From IMG/VR virus record IMGVR_UViG_2531839619_000023: a DNA stretch of 40,950 bases, one strand, 5' to 3'. The notes under the pieces were generated by a model. It worked only from the letters and a program-made list of their open reading frames with translations. It was not told the DNA's origin and ran no database searches. Shown here piece by piece: positions 1 through 9,106 of this stretch. The stretch's first letter is position 1. Every line of letters begins with the position of its first letter. The position numbers and the translations under genes were made by a program. Source of the stretch: a virus (Duplodnaviria > Heunggongvirae > Uroviricota > Caudoviricetes).

Positions 1-267
1 ATGAGGGTATCCAGACAAGCATCGAATAATTTGTTTGTTCGAGAGGGGTGTGACTGGTCTGCTAAAGCGGTATATGCAGCCCTTGAAAACAAAGGCACAG
101 ACCTCCCTGAACTGGAAAGGGAGTTAGGATTAAAAAGCGGATCAATGCGCAATGTGTTTTACCGCCAGTGCCGTAAATACGAAGCCGCCATCGCCGAAAA
201 AATAGGGGTTGAACCTGCTGTAATCTGGCCCAGCAGATACCAGGTGGACGCCAGAGAAGTGGCTTGA
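1..267 (+). CDS. ner: Ner-like DNA-binding protein (Ner/Nlp family); possibly 5'-partial at the window edge
   Basis: Translation aligns with Mu Ner across the conserved C-terminus (EPAVIWPSRYQ versus KPEVIWPSRYQ) and lies directly upstream of the transposase. It has a 17-aa N-terminal extension relative to Mu Ner, so the true start may be upstream of the window. Confidence 0.75.
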   Translation: MRVSRQASNNLFVREGCDWSAKAVYAALENKGTDLPELERELGLKSGSMRNVFYRQCRKYEAAIAEKIGVEPAVIWPSRYQVDAREVA

Positions 268-277
268 TGGGGGATGT

Positions 278-2368
278 ATGTGGGTAACAGCAAAAGAATG
301 TGTTGGTCTTCCTGATTTACCAATGATGGAACATAACATTCGCCATCGACTCACAAAAGCAGCTGCGGGAAATGCAGCCATGTTACGCAAACGTAAGGGG
401 ACAAAAGCAATCGAATTTAATATCGATTGTTTGCCTTCTGGCGCGCAACAAGTATTGCGTGAACGTTATGCCCTTCAACTGATGACGCAAAAAGCTGATG
501 AATCACCGGCTCCGGTGGTGACAAAGGCCAGACGCTCGCCTGCCGTGGTTGATGCGGTGGAGGCATATCGCGGATCACCACAACTGATGGTTGAACGCCT
601 TAATGCCCTGACTGAAAACCAGCGCCAGGTGGCTGATGCACGAATTGCGATCGTCAGCGAAGTGATGAAAGTCGCGCAACAACCCGGTTTCAGCTGTGCG
701 AAAGCTATCCGGTTTATCGTTGACAACCTGGCACGTTCGCAACTGGACGAGCGCATTGTGGCAATGGTTGAGACGGCGAACGCCAAAAAGGGAAACAGCC
801 GTGCGTTGAGTGAAATAACGCTGAAACGCTGGATTGCGGCCTTTAACAAGGCGCAGAACGCCGCTGAACGCCTGCTTTTACTGGCACCGGGTAAGCGCCA
901 GGAAATAAAAGCCGAAGATATTAACTGGCTGCCCGAATTTCTGGCGCAGTATCGCCAGTCAAACGGCCGACCAATGACCGAGGCTTACGAGGATTTTGTC
1001 GCTGAATGGCAGCACCGGCACGCTGATGAGCCTTATATGCTCGATATCATGCCGTCTTATGACACCATTCGCCGCGCAATGAAGAAACTGCCGGAAGTGG
1101 TGAAACAAAAAGGCCGGGTGACCGGCAGTGAATACCGCCAGCTTGAGGGATTCACGCGCCGCGACTGGTCCAGAATGCCGGTGAATTATGTCTGGATTGG
1201 TGACGGTCACGGCATGAAGCTGAAATGCGCACACCCGGTTCACGGTCGGCCATTTGCACCGGAAGTGACCTTTGTTATCGACGGTGGCACGCGCTTTGTG
1301 GTGGGCTGGAGCCTTGACCTGGCTGAAAATGTTTTCGCCGTAGCCGGTGCCATACAGCACGGCATTCGCCATCACGGCAAACCGTTTCTGTATTACTCGG
1401 ATAACGGCTCCGGGGAAACCGCCGACATCCTGGATAAGGAGGTTGTGGGGATACTGCCGCGACTGGGGATTAATCACCCGACCGGGATTGCCGGTAATCC
1501 GCAGGGACGAGGCATTATCGAACGGCTTAACCGCACATTACCGATGCGCATAGCCCGTAAATACCGCACCTATTTCGGGAAAGGTGCAGATCGCGAGACG
1601 TTACGCAAAACCAACCGCGATTTACGCTCGGCATTTACTGCCCTGCAACAGGGCAAACGGCTGAACGCCCGGCAGCAGTCAGCGATGCGTGATTTACCGT
1701 CCTGGTCTGAACTGATTGATGCCATTCGTGACGGTGTTGAGTGGTACAACAACCGGCCGCACGATGAATTACCGGTGAAGCCGAACGGCAAGCATTACAG
1801 CCCGGCGGAGTTCAGAAAAAAACGCCTGGCGGAAGAGGACACGGAAATTGAATGGCTGTCCGATGTTGAGCTGCGGGATATGTTCCGGCCGATGGTGGAA
1901 CGCCCTGTAAGACGCTGTGAAATACGCTGGCTGAATAATATTTACTACGCGCCCGAGCTGCGTGACGAGCATGGTCGTAAGGTGCTTATCAGCTATGACA
2001 TTCATGATGCCGAACGAATTACCGTACGTCGCCTGGATGGCAGCGTGATTTGCGAGGCGGTATGGGACGGTAATAAACGCGAAGCCTTCCCGGTTAGCGC
2101 GGAATACTACAAACAGCAGCAACGCCTTAAAGGCATGCGTAAACGCGCAGAGGAAAAAATCCGTGATGCCGAGGATGAGGTTGTCAACGTGCTGGAGCAC
2201 AAGCCGCAGGAGCCCTGGCTGGAAAACATATACCGCCCTGTGGGTAATACGGTGACCGTTCAGCAACCGGTCGCTGACGATGAACCTGATGAAGAATACG
2301 AGCGTAATTTCCAGCGGGGATTGCAGTTGCTGGAAGCGAAATTAAAAGAAAATGACCCGCTGGCCTGA
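278..2368 (+). CDS. A: DDE transposase, MuA family
   Basis: 696 aa. N-terminus MWVTAKECVGLPDLP matches the MuA N-terminus (ELWVSPKECANLPGLP); central DDE-type core (WIGDGHG...YSDNGSGE); position after ner and before B. Confidence 0.95.
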   Translation: MWVTAKECVGLPDLPMMEHNIRHRLTKAAAGNAAMLRKRKGTKAIEFNIDCLPSGAQQVLRERYALQLMTQKADESPAPVVTKARRSPAVVDAVEAYRGSPQLMVERLNALTENQRQVADARIAIVSEVMKVAQQPGFSCAKAIRFIVDNLARSQLDERIVAMVETANAKKGNSRALSEITLKRWIAAFNKAQNAAERLLLLAPGKRQEIKAEDINWLPEFLAQYRQSNGRPMTEAYEDFVAEWQHRHADEPYMLDIMPSYDTIRRAMKKLPEVVKQKGRVTGSEYRQLEGFTRRDWSRMPVNYVWIGDGHGMKLKCAHPVHGRPFAPEVTFVIDGGTRFVVGWSLDLAENVFAVAGAIQHGIRHHGKPFLYYSDNGSGETADILDKEVVGILPRLGINHPTGIAGNPQGRGIIERLNRTLPMRIARKYRTYFGKGADRETLRKTNRDLRSAFTALQQGKRLNARQQSAMRDLPSWSELIDAIRDGVEWYNNRPHDELPVKPNGKHYSPAEFRKKRLAEEDTEIEWLSDVELRDMFRPMVERPVRRCEIRWLNNIYYAPELRDEHGRKVLISYDIHDAERITVRRLDGSVICEAVWDGNKREAFPVSAEYYKQQQRLKGMRKRAEEKIRDAEDEVVNVLEHKPQEPWLENIYRPVGNTVTVQQPVADDEPDEEYERNFQRGLQLLEAKLKENDPLA

Positions 2369-2439
2369 AATAAAAAAATAACCCGAGCGGCGACTCAGGT
2401 TATTTGATTAAACAAGGTATCAAATGAGAGGTTAATAAT

Positions 2440-3372
2440 ATGACTGATATTAACGATGTAATCAAGACCATTGATGAACTTATTGATGGCGGCGTACTGA
2501 CGCAGTATGCCATCGCCAGAGAGGCGGGAATTTCCGACGGCACATTATCGGCTTTCCGTAAGGGAAAATATAAAGGCGATAACGCTGCTGTGGCTGCTTC
2601 CCTGCGTTCCTGGTATGAGAACTGGAATAAACAAAGCGCACTGCCGGAACCGCCGCAGTTTGTGGAAACGCAGACAGTCCAGGAGCTGCGCGCACTGTTT
2701 CAGGCGGTTCGTCTGATGGGCTGTATTAACGTTATTGTGGGCGTACCGGGTGTGGGTAAAACGGCCACTGCCCGTAATTACTGCCAGGAGCAACCAAACA
2801 CCTGGATGATCACCCTGTCACCCGCGCACTCCAGCGTCACGGAGTGTCTGCTGGAGCTGGCCGATGCGCTGGGGATTGATTACACCCGCGCGAACAAAGG
2901 GGCATTATCCCGCGCCATCCGCCGTCGCCTGATGGGAACGCGTGGACTGGTGATTGTGGATGAGGCGGATCATCTTGGTATTGACGGTCTGGAGCAACTC
3001 CGGGCAATTCAGGACGCCACGGGGATCGGGATGGTGCTTATTGGTAACCCGCGCGGATTGTTTAAAGGTGGACGCCGCGCCTTTGATGATTTATCGCGCC
3101 TGTTCAGCCGTCTTGCCCGTACAAAACAACTTCGCAAGGCCAAAAAGGCGGATGTGCTGGCCATTGCCAGGGCGTGGGGGATCAGTGGTGAGGCCGAGCT
3201 GGCCGTCATGCAGGCTATCGCTGAAAAGCCGGGAGCGTTACGCGTTCTGACACATACGCTTAACCAGGCGTGGCTCACCGCCAGCGGTGAAGGCGCGGCG
3301 CTGACAGAAAAACATATTAATGCGGCCTTTAAAGAGGTTTATACCAACCCTGAATTACTCTCACAGGTGTGA
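2440..3372 (+). CDS. B: Transposition target-DNA activator ATPase, MuB family (AAA+)
   Basis: 310 aa with a Walker A motif (GVPGVGKT) and a Walker B-like IVDEADHL; size and position match Mu B. Confidence 0.9.
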   Translation: MTDINDVIKTIDELIDGGVLTQYAIAREAGISDGTLSAFRKGKYKGDNAAVAASLRSWYENWNKQSALPEPPQFVETQTVQELRALFQAVRLMGCINVIVGVPGVGKTATARNYCQEQPNTWMITLSPAHSSVTECLLELADALGIDYTRANKGALSRAIRRRLMGTRGLVIVDEADHLGIDGLEQLRAIQDATGIGMVLIGNPRGLFKGGRRAFDDLSRLFSRLARTKQLRKAKKADVLAIARAWGISGEAELAVMQAIAEKPGALRVLTHTLNQAWLTASGEGAALTEKHINAAFKEVYTNPELLSQV

Positions 3373-3374
3373 TT

Positions 3375-3596
3375 ATGGCGGTATTTAATATTCCTGATAT
3401 TTACGGACGCTTTTACCTGGTTAATTTCGATAACGTGAAGGTGATTTCACTGGCCGAAAATAAAGAATGTGGCGATTTTCTTTTTGAATTTAATGACCGC
3501 ACACGAATGGTGATATCTGCCGGACTTGATCGCGAAGGTGCGACAGACGTTTACAGCGGAATATGCCGTTCTGTTGGTGCGAAACAAGTCAGCTAA
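3375..3596 (+). CDS. Hypothetical early protein
   Basis: ORF overlapping the B stop (GTGTGATTATGG); the ATG at 3375 is preferred over the GTG at 3369. No recognisable motif. Confidence 0.45.
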   Translation: MAVFNIPDIYGRFYLVNFDNVKVISLAENKECGDFLFEFNDRTRMVISAGLDREGATDVYSGICRSVGAKQVS

Positions 3597-3608
3597 ATGA
3601 GGTGTTAT

Positions 3609-3863
3609 ATGAATATGCAATCCTGCGGTAACAAAATGAATTTATTCGACTCCCTGAACAGCGCGCGCCGTCTGACCGAACTTGCCGGTGCGGTACTGGA
3701 ACGCAGTAAGCGCTATCCGCAACGTTTTGCACTGAAAACCACGCCGCCGGTAGGCAACGTGCAGGGAACCGGTGAAATTGAAATCACCATACAGACCAAC
3801 GGCCTGCGCCGCCGTGTGAAGGCCACCCGCATCAGCGGCTGCACGGTTTACTGGGAGGTGTGA
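3609..3863 (+). CDS. Hypothetical early protein
   Basis: ORF in the early operon; a GAGGTG Shine-Dalgarno at 3600-3605 favours the ATG at 3609 or 3615 over the track start at 3597. Confidence 0.4.
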   Translation: MNMQSCGNKMNLFDSLNSARRLTELAGAVLERSKRYPQRFALKTTPPVGNVQGTGEIEITIQTNGLRRRVKATRISGCTVYWEV

Positions 3864-3864
3864 G

Positions 3865-4146
3865 GTGAAAAAAAATCTCATTGCATGGGCGTGGTCGAGT
3901 GGTCTTATTGAGTTTGGTTACGTCCTGCCGGAAGGTGCATTGCCGATAGTTGCCGGAAAGCCTGCCACGGTACGGCATGTGATTGAGGTTATGGCGCGTC
4001 ATGGACGTGATGAACAGGAGCAGTTACTGGTTCCGGGGATACCGGAAGCGGTGACGGAGGAAGAAGCCTTTAATGCCATGATTCGGTTCTGCCGTGAGGT
4101 CAGACGCCGGGTCAGTTATCCAAACAGAACGAGGACCAGAGGATGA
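3865..4146 (+). CDS. Hypothetical early protein (GTG start)
   Basis: 93-aa ORF tightly packed with its neighbours; GGAGGTGTGAGGTG precedes the start. Confidence 0.4.
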   Translation: MKKNLIAWAWSSGLIEFGYVLPEGALPIVAGKPATVRHVIEVMARHGRDEQEQLLVPGIPEAVTEEEAFNAMIRFCREVRRRVSYPNRTRTRG

Positions 4147-4415
4147 GTAAAGTCGTACGCATTATTTTCGAATACAAGGAGCACGTTATCCATAAAAACG
4201 CTGATGGAACAGTGCGCATGGGGGTAAGTCTGGACATACGTTCAACCGGGATAAAGCAGAACGGTGATGGACCCGCCATGATTTTTGGGGTGGTTATGCT
4301 CGCGGAAAGCAGAGACTTTGCTGAACTTGTGGCAATGAAAGCCAGTGCGCTCATGAAAGATATGAGCATGCGTTCCGGGGTTATTAAAGGTAATGAATTT
4401 AATCAGCAGGGGTAA
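4143..4415 (+). CDS. Hypothetical early protein, first of a tandem paralog pair
   Basis: N-terminus MSKVVRIIFEYKEHV closely matches the next ORF (MSKVRVIFEFKHV). Confidence 0.5.
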   Translation: MSKVVRIIFEYKEHVIHKNADGTVRMGVSLDIRSTGIKQNGDGPAMIFGVVMLAESRDFAELVAMKASALMKDMSMRSGVIKGNEFNQQG

Positions 4416-4419
4416 TTCC

Positions 4420-4713
4420 ATGAGCAAAGTACGCGTTATTTTTGAATTTAAGCATGTTTCGCATGACGAAAAACCGGCAGGCAATGACTGTGTTGAAGTG
4501 CATGAAAAGATTGGTGTGGATGTAAAAACAGAACGTGATACGAATAACAGGCCGACGTCACTCTGTGACGTTTATGCAAGTATTCTCCAGTATCACAGTC
4601 CTGAAATTATTCAGTTTCTCTCAGCGGAATTTCAGGCATCTGTACAGGCTTTTGGGGCGGATGCCATCATTAAACGCCACCGCGTGCATAAAGCATCAGG
4701 CACACTGCAATAA
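4420..4713 (+). CDS. Hypothetical early protein, second of a tandem paralog pair
   Basis: The internal ATG at 4420 gives MSKVRVIFEFKHVSHDE, paralogous to 4143..4415; the track start at 4393 is probably too far upstream. Confidence 0.5.
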   Translation: MSKVRVIFEFKHVSHDEKPAGNDCVEVHEKIGVDVKTERDTNNRPTSLCDVYASILQYHSPEIIQFLSAEFQASVQAFGADAIIKRHRVHKASGTLQ

Positions 4714-4724
4714 GGAAAAACAAA

Positions 4725-5255
4725 ATGGCTAAACGTGTTACAAAATTAAAGGCCGCAGCCGAGGCTGCACCGCAGACCCGCGAAGAAGTCAGCCGCGATA
4801 TCCGTACCCTGGGCGATATTCAGCGAGAGGCGCTGCGGCTGGAAACGGCGATGAATGATGAAGTGGCAGAAATCACCGCCCGTTATACGCCGCAGATTGA
4901 AAACCTTAAAAAAGAAATCAAAGTGCTTTTTAAGGGGATTCAGGACTGGTGCAAAACCAACCGCGATGAGCTGACGAACGGCGGCAAAACCAAAACAGCC
5001 AATCTGACCACCGGAACAGTATCATGGCGGCTGGGAAATCCATCATGCAGCGTCAGCCGTGATGTGGAAGGTGTGATTGAAATGCTGCGCCGTATGGGGC
5101 TTGAGCGATTCATCCGCACGAAAGAGGAAGTGAACAAGGAAGCGGTCCTGGCGGAGCCGGATGCAGTGAAAGGCATTGCCGGTATTAAGGTGAATAAAGG
5201 CGCTGAAAGTTTTTATGTCGAGCCTTTTGAACAGGACGCCGGACTGAATAAATAA
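4725..5255 (+). CDS. gam: Host-nuclease inhibitor Gam (Mu Gam / Ku-like DNA-end-binding protein)
   Basis: 176 aa with a coiled-coil N-terminus and the conserved TGTVSWR segment; size and position in the semi-essential early region match Mu gam. Confidence 0.8.
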   Translation: MAKRVTKLKAAAEAAPQTREEVSRDIRTLGDIQREALRLETAMNDEVAEITARYTPQIENLKKEIKVLFKGIQDWCKTNRDELTNGGKTKTANLTTGTVSWRLGNPSCSVSRDVEGVIEMLRRMGLERFIRTKEEVNKEAVLAEPDAVKGIAGIKVNKGAESFYVEPFEQDAGLNK

Positions 5256-5352
5256 CACCGCATTAAATCTTTAAATATCACATCGTTTTAAGTATGGCGC
5301 TCGCGTCAGGGGACTGCCTGCGCCTGTAAACTGAAAATAAGGAACAGGATAT

Positions 5353-5895
5353 ATGGCATATTTTTATTTCAAATTAGACCGTGTGCAGACAAATAAATAT
5401 TTCACCAAATATCAACAGACTGTTTTACCGCTACGCAACAGTATTCTTCGGGCATTACTGAAAAATACAGGCGCTGCCGGATTGCGCTTAAAGCCGTTTG
5501 CCATGGACGTAATCAGTGAGTTTTATTTTTCTGGTGCTCTGCCTGCGGGCTGGCGTAAGCGCGATGATGTGGCTTTTATCGGGGACGGACCGTGCTTTAT
5601 TGCCAGACCTGATGAGTCATGCCCTGAAGGACCGGCGATTGCCGCAATGATTGAAGCCGCTGAACGCGAGTTAAGAAAGCGTCCTGATTTCCTTGTCTGG
5701 CTCTGTGAAAAGCTGGGGGTAATGAGAATCCCCTCCATGTTTAACATGGACTCCTGGTGGACCCCGTCGCTCTCCCGTGATGCCCTGTGCGTGGTGTTTA
5801 AAGTAGGCGCTTATGGCAGGGAAATAAAAGGGGGTATTCCTGAAGAATGCCAGGAGATTAAACATTCTGAATATGTGGCGCTGACGGAGGAATAA
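5353..5895 (+). CDS. Hypothetical early protein
   Basis: 180-aa ORF on the early-operon strand; no motif recognised. Confidence 0.45.
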   Translation: MAYFYFKLDRVQTNKYFTKYQQTVLPLRNSILRALLKNTGAAGLRLKPFAMDVISEFYFSGALPAGWRKRDDVAFIGDGPCFIARPDESCPEGPAIAAMIEAAERELRKRPDFLVWLCEKLGVMRIPSMFNMDSWWTPSLSRDALCVVFKVGAYGREIKGGIPEECQEIKHSEYVALTEE

Positions 5896-5898
5896 TTC

Positions 5899-6432
5899 AT
5901 GATTGATGCAAAAGTGCTTGAAGGGGTTAAAAACTGGCTGAGTATTTACGGGCGTCTGACCTGCGGCATTCTGGCTGAAAAAATGAATATGCCGCCATCC
6001 TCGATGGTTTATTTTCTGCGTGATGCGGTCGATGCCGGGGTGCTGACGGAATGTAACGGTTTTTATGATATTCCGCGTCCCCGCCCGGTGCAGCCGGTTC
6101 GTCGCAAATGCAGCCAGGAAGGTGCGGCTGATGATGTTCAGTGGTGCAGCTTCAGAAAATCCCTGCCGTGGATTGAGGGGCATGATATTCCGTCAATGGC
6201 GTGGGAATTTGCTCAGGGCGTTCTGACCTGTGAAACCGTTTATGTGGTGGCTGAAGTTGATGAGCAGGCCATGAAAGAAGGCGTGCCCCAGTTTGTGATG
6301 GCGTATATCGACATACGCCTGGGTGTCATTATCTGCGGTTTAAGCGGCTGGAATATCACCTCGCGCGTTCTGCGTTACCTGATTGTTGACCGGACGGCCG
6401 CGCCTGCCGGGATATCTGCGGAGGTGGCGTAA
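5899..6432 (+). CDS. Hypothetical early protein
   Basis: 177-aa ORF separated from the previous stop by 3 nt; no motif recognised. Confidence 0.45.
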   Translation: MIDAKVLEGVKNWLSIYGRLTCGILAEKMNMPPSSMVYFLRDAVDAGVLTECNGFYDIPRPRPVQPVRRKCSQEGAADDVQWCSFRKSLPWIEGHDIPSMAWEFAQGVLTCETVYVVAEVDEQAMKEGVPQFVMAYIDIRLGVIICGLSGWNITSRVLRYLIVDRTAAPAGISAEVA

Positions 6433-6947
6433 TGTTCTTTAAAACATCAAACCCTTCCGCGCTGGCCGCGTGGCAAAAATATCAGCAGGACTGCCAGAAA
6501 GTTAAGGATGAGGCAAAACGCCTTGAGGCCGTGCTGAATGTTGCGTGCCGGTCGGTATTTGTATCCGGTATCAGTGGCTTTTGTTTTAAAGGGCTGCGCT
6601 TTATGGATGACAAATATCCTTTTCATCGCGACTTATGGCGAAAACCGACTGCGTCGAATGGCTGGAGCTGCACACCGCGCACATCACGTATTCCCAAAGC
6701 CCTGCGCGTTGCCTCTGACGAACTTAACAGTCTGTGGCGTGAATATTCGCCCGTCACGTATGCCAGAACCGATGCACTGTTGTTCTGGCTGGGTATTGAT
6801 TTCTCGGCAATCATGTTTGGCCCTGTGAAGTGGTTCTGCGTTGACGATGTGATTTACCTTGAGTGCGGCGTAAAACCCGCAAATCAGAAAATGACCGAAA
6901 TTCTGTCTGATGAGTTTTATGCTGCTGAAAAGCGAGTCAGGGGGTGA
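6432..6947 (+). CDS. Hypothetical early protein
   Basis: 171-aa ORF; start overlaps the upstream stop (TAATG). Confidence 0.45.
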   Translation: MFFKTSNPSALAAWQKYQQDCQKVKDEAKRLEAVLNVACRSVFVSGISGFCFKGLRFMDDKYPFHRDLWRKPTASNGWSCTPRTSRIPKALRVASDELNSLWREYSPVTYARTDALLFWLGIDFSAIMFGPVKWFCVDDVIYLECGVKPANQKMTEILSDEFYAAEKRVRG

Positions 6948-6950
6948 TGT

Positions 6951-7502
6951 ATGATGATTTTACAACCCATGGGGCGAAAAGGTCAGGCACCTGCTCATGT
7001 CCGTGCGTGGACACCTGAAGAAGATGCGCTGCTGATTGCGCTTTATCCATCCACCCCGGTTAAGGATATTGCTGTCAGGGTAAAAAGAAGTTTCTGGGGT
7101 GTACATAACCGGATTGTTTTATTACGCGGTACTTACCCGGAGTTGCTCAAATGCAAACGTCCAAGATTTAAACATGATGAAGATAAATTTATCCGAAAAA
7201 ATGCCAGAACGATGACCGGTAAGCAAATAGGAGAATATCTGGGGCGAGACCGGGATTCTGTCCACAATCGGGCGCGATATATTGGCGTAAGCATGAAAAA
7301 ATACGGAGAATTGCTGCCCTTCACCCGTATACCTGACGATGATGTTCATCTTATTCGTGAATTACGGGATGCTGAATCACCACGACGTCTTACCTTCCGG
7401 GAAATAGGCGAGAAATTTGAATTATCCGAGAGTACGGTGAATTTTATTTATCACCATCGCCGGACTGCCGAGGACGCTGTATTACGGGAGTTAACGCCAT
7501 GA
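6951..7502 (+). CDS. Putative DNA-binding protein with three tandem helix-turn-helix-like segments
   Basis: Three repeated HTH-like segments (WTPEEDALLIALYPSTPVKDIAVRV; MTGKQIGEYLGRDRDSVHNRARYIG; LTFREIGEKFELSESTVNFIYHHR). The region is more AT-rich than its surroundings. Confidence 0.45.
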   Translation: MMILQPMGRKGQAPAHVRAWTPEEDALLIALYPSTPVKDIAVRVKRSFWGVHNRIVLLRGTYPELLKCKRPRFKHDEDKFIRKNARTMTGKQIGEYLGRDRDSVHNRARYIGVSMKKYGELLPFTRIPDDDVHLIRELRDAESPRRLTFREIGEKFELSESTVNFIYHHRRTAEDAVLRELTP

Positions 7503-7684
7503 TAAAGAGACTTGTATTTTTCGCAATTTTCGTTCCGGTGTTGGGGGGTGGTTTTATATTTGCGATTACAGGAAACCTGTCCATGATGCCAGATATTTGG
7601 TTCTTTATCAGGATGTCGCTCTTCCTGTTTATTATGAATCTTCTTATCGACATATATATCCGTATTACTGGAAAACATAAATGA
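7499..7684 (+). CDS. Small hydrophobic membrane protein (two predicted transmembrane helices)
   Basis: 61 aa, FFAIFVPVLGGGFIFAITG and IWFFIRMSLFLFIMNLLIDIYI; strongly AT-rich codon usage; start overlaps the upstream stop. Confidence 0.4.
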   Translation: MIKRLVFFAIFVPVLGGGFIFAITGNLSMMPDIWFFIRMSLFLFIMNLLIDIYIRITGKHK

Positions 7685-8055
7685 GAAAAATCACGTCCTT
7701 GTCAGAGTTACAGGAGATGAATATGAGTATTGAATTAAGATCGTCTTATGAGTATCGCAAATTTCTTATCGCCGGAGGCATGAAACCGGAAGATGTGGAA
7801 AAAATCGTTTCTTTTATGGATAAGGAATGTGATAAGCGGGATGTGTCAGAAATTATTATGGATGACATGATTCTGGATTCAGTCGTGGCGTTAAGTCCGT
7901 TATGGATTGTGCATTCTCTTGCGGAAATTGCCAAAGGCACCGATAAACAGGCAGCTGTTGCTGCCCTTCAGACGCTTAATGAAATGCGTATATCTCCACG
8001 CCCGACATTAATACAGATGATTTTGTCCAGTATGGAGGATAAAGCAAATGAATAG
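7681..8055 (+). CDS. Hypothetical early protein
   Basis: 124-aa ORF in the low-GC block, overlapping its neighbours by 4 and 8 nt. Confidence 0.4.
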   Translation: MRKITSLSELQEMNMSIELRSSYEYRKFLIAGGMKPEDVEKIVSFMDKECDKRDVSEIIMDDMILDSVVALSPLWIVHSLAEIAKGTDKQAAVAALQTLNEMRISPRPTLIQMILSSMEDKANE

Positions 8056-8245
8056 TCTACCCGCTGGATGGGCGCGCCCTCTGATGGCTAAGAAGCATCA
8101 TTTTTTTAAAACTGGCGATAATATCAGTATATGTAGGCGGTGGTTATATCTGGCTCATAATCGCGAGCCGGATACATTTGAAAGCCCTGATGACTGTGCC
8201 GAATGTCGCAGAAGACTGAATAAGGAGAAAGATAATGGACAATAG
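8048..8245 (+). CDS. Hypothetical small protein
   Basis: 65-aa ORF containing a CAEC motif; start overlaps the upstream stop. Confidence 0.3.
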   Translation: MNSLPAGWARPLMAKKHHFFKTGDNISICRRWLYLAHNREPDTFESPDDCAECRRRLNKEKDNGQ

Positions 8246-8531
8246 TTCTCTGTTGTTCTGGTGCTTATATATCACATCCTTTTTCGGCGCATTTGTTATT
8301 ACCCGGTGGTTATGTCGAAAAATCATCTGCTTTTTTGATAAAAGACATCCGGTTGAACGGGCGGCTGATGCGCTCATTCAGCAGGCCATTGTGTTATATA
8401 GCGGTGAATTTTTCTGCCGGATAACAACCAGAGATGGCTGGCACATAATGATTATTCCACCAACACACCATGCCCGGTGGGATGAGGCAGAAAAGGCTTT
8501 CCATGTCCGTAAAAAGGTAAATACGGTATGA
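8235..8531 (+). CDS. Hypothetical protein with an N-terminal transmembrane segment
   Basis: 98 aa, N-terminal hydrophobic stretch LLFWCLYITSFFGAFVIT; overlaps its neighbours. Confidence 0.4.
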   Translation: MDNSSLLFWCLYITSFFGAFVITRWLCRKIICFFDKRHPVERAADALIQQAIVLYSGEFFCRITTRDGWHIMIIPPTHHARWDEAEKAFHVRKKVNTV

Positions 8532-9037
8532 GAGGAAAACTGATATCCGCCATTCATGTGGCAAAGCGCGAGCTTGCCCTGGATGATGAGACTTATACAT
8601 CCGCGCTGCTGGCAGCCACCGGCAAAACCAGCTGCCGGGATATGTCACCGGATGAGTTATCCCGCGTGCTGGATGTTTTCAAAAAACGCGGTTTTAAAGT
8701 GCGTCAGAACCCGGTTAACCGGGCCTTAAAACCGGGTACGGTGACCGCCAAAATTCGCGCCATCTGGAAGGTGATGCACCGGCAGGGCTTTATCACCGAT
8801 GGTGCGGAAACCGCCCTTAACCGCTGGGTGAAATCGCAGACGGCCGCGCAAAACGGCGGCGAAGGTGTGGCAAACTGGCAGTGGCTGGAGCAACACCCCG
8901 CCCTGGCCTCAGATGTGCTGGAGCGTCTCAAGCGATGGCACCGCCGCAAAATGCTGGCCGCGATGGGAATGCCCGAACGCACGCTGATGGGGTATGACGC
9001 CGTTTGCAGGCAGTATGAAAAATCACTTCCCCGTTAA
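8528..9037 (+). CDS. GemA-like protein (Mu gp16 family)
   Basis: 169 aa, last gene before the strong terminator, the position GemA occupies in Mu; sequence character fits the Mu gp16/GemA family. Confidence 0.65.
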   Translation: MRGKLISAIHVAKRELALDDETYTSALLAATGKTSCRDMSPDELSRVLDVFKKRGFKVRQNPVNRALKPGTVTAKIRAIWKVMHRQGFITDGAETALNRWVKSQTAAQNGGEGVANWQWLEQHPALASDVLERLKRWHRRKMLAAMGMPERTLMGYDAVCRQYEKSLPR

Positions 9038-9041
9038 CTCC

Positions 9042-9072
9042 AAATCCCGCCACAACGCGGGATTTTTATTTT
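9042..9072 (+). terminator. Rho-independent terminator ending the early operon
   Basis: Perfect 9-bp stem AAATCCCGC / GCGGGATTT with a 6-nt loop, followed by TTTTTATTTT, immediately after the GemA-like stop. Confidence 0.85.
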
Positions 9073-9106
9073 AAACTTACCGGGAACGCGAGAACCGGAG
9101 GCTGAT

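Noticed and set aside
7499-7684. Holin assignment for the 61-aa two-helix membrane protein
   Set aside because: It is in the early operon far from the lysis cassette, and Mu-type lysis uses a SAR endolysin with a releasin rather than a holin; left as an unknown membrane protein.
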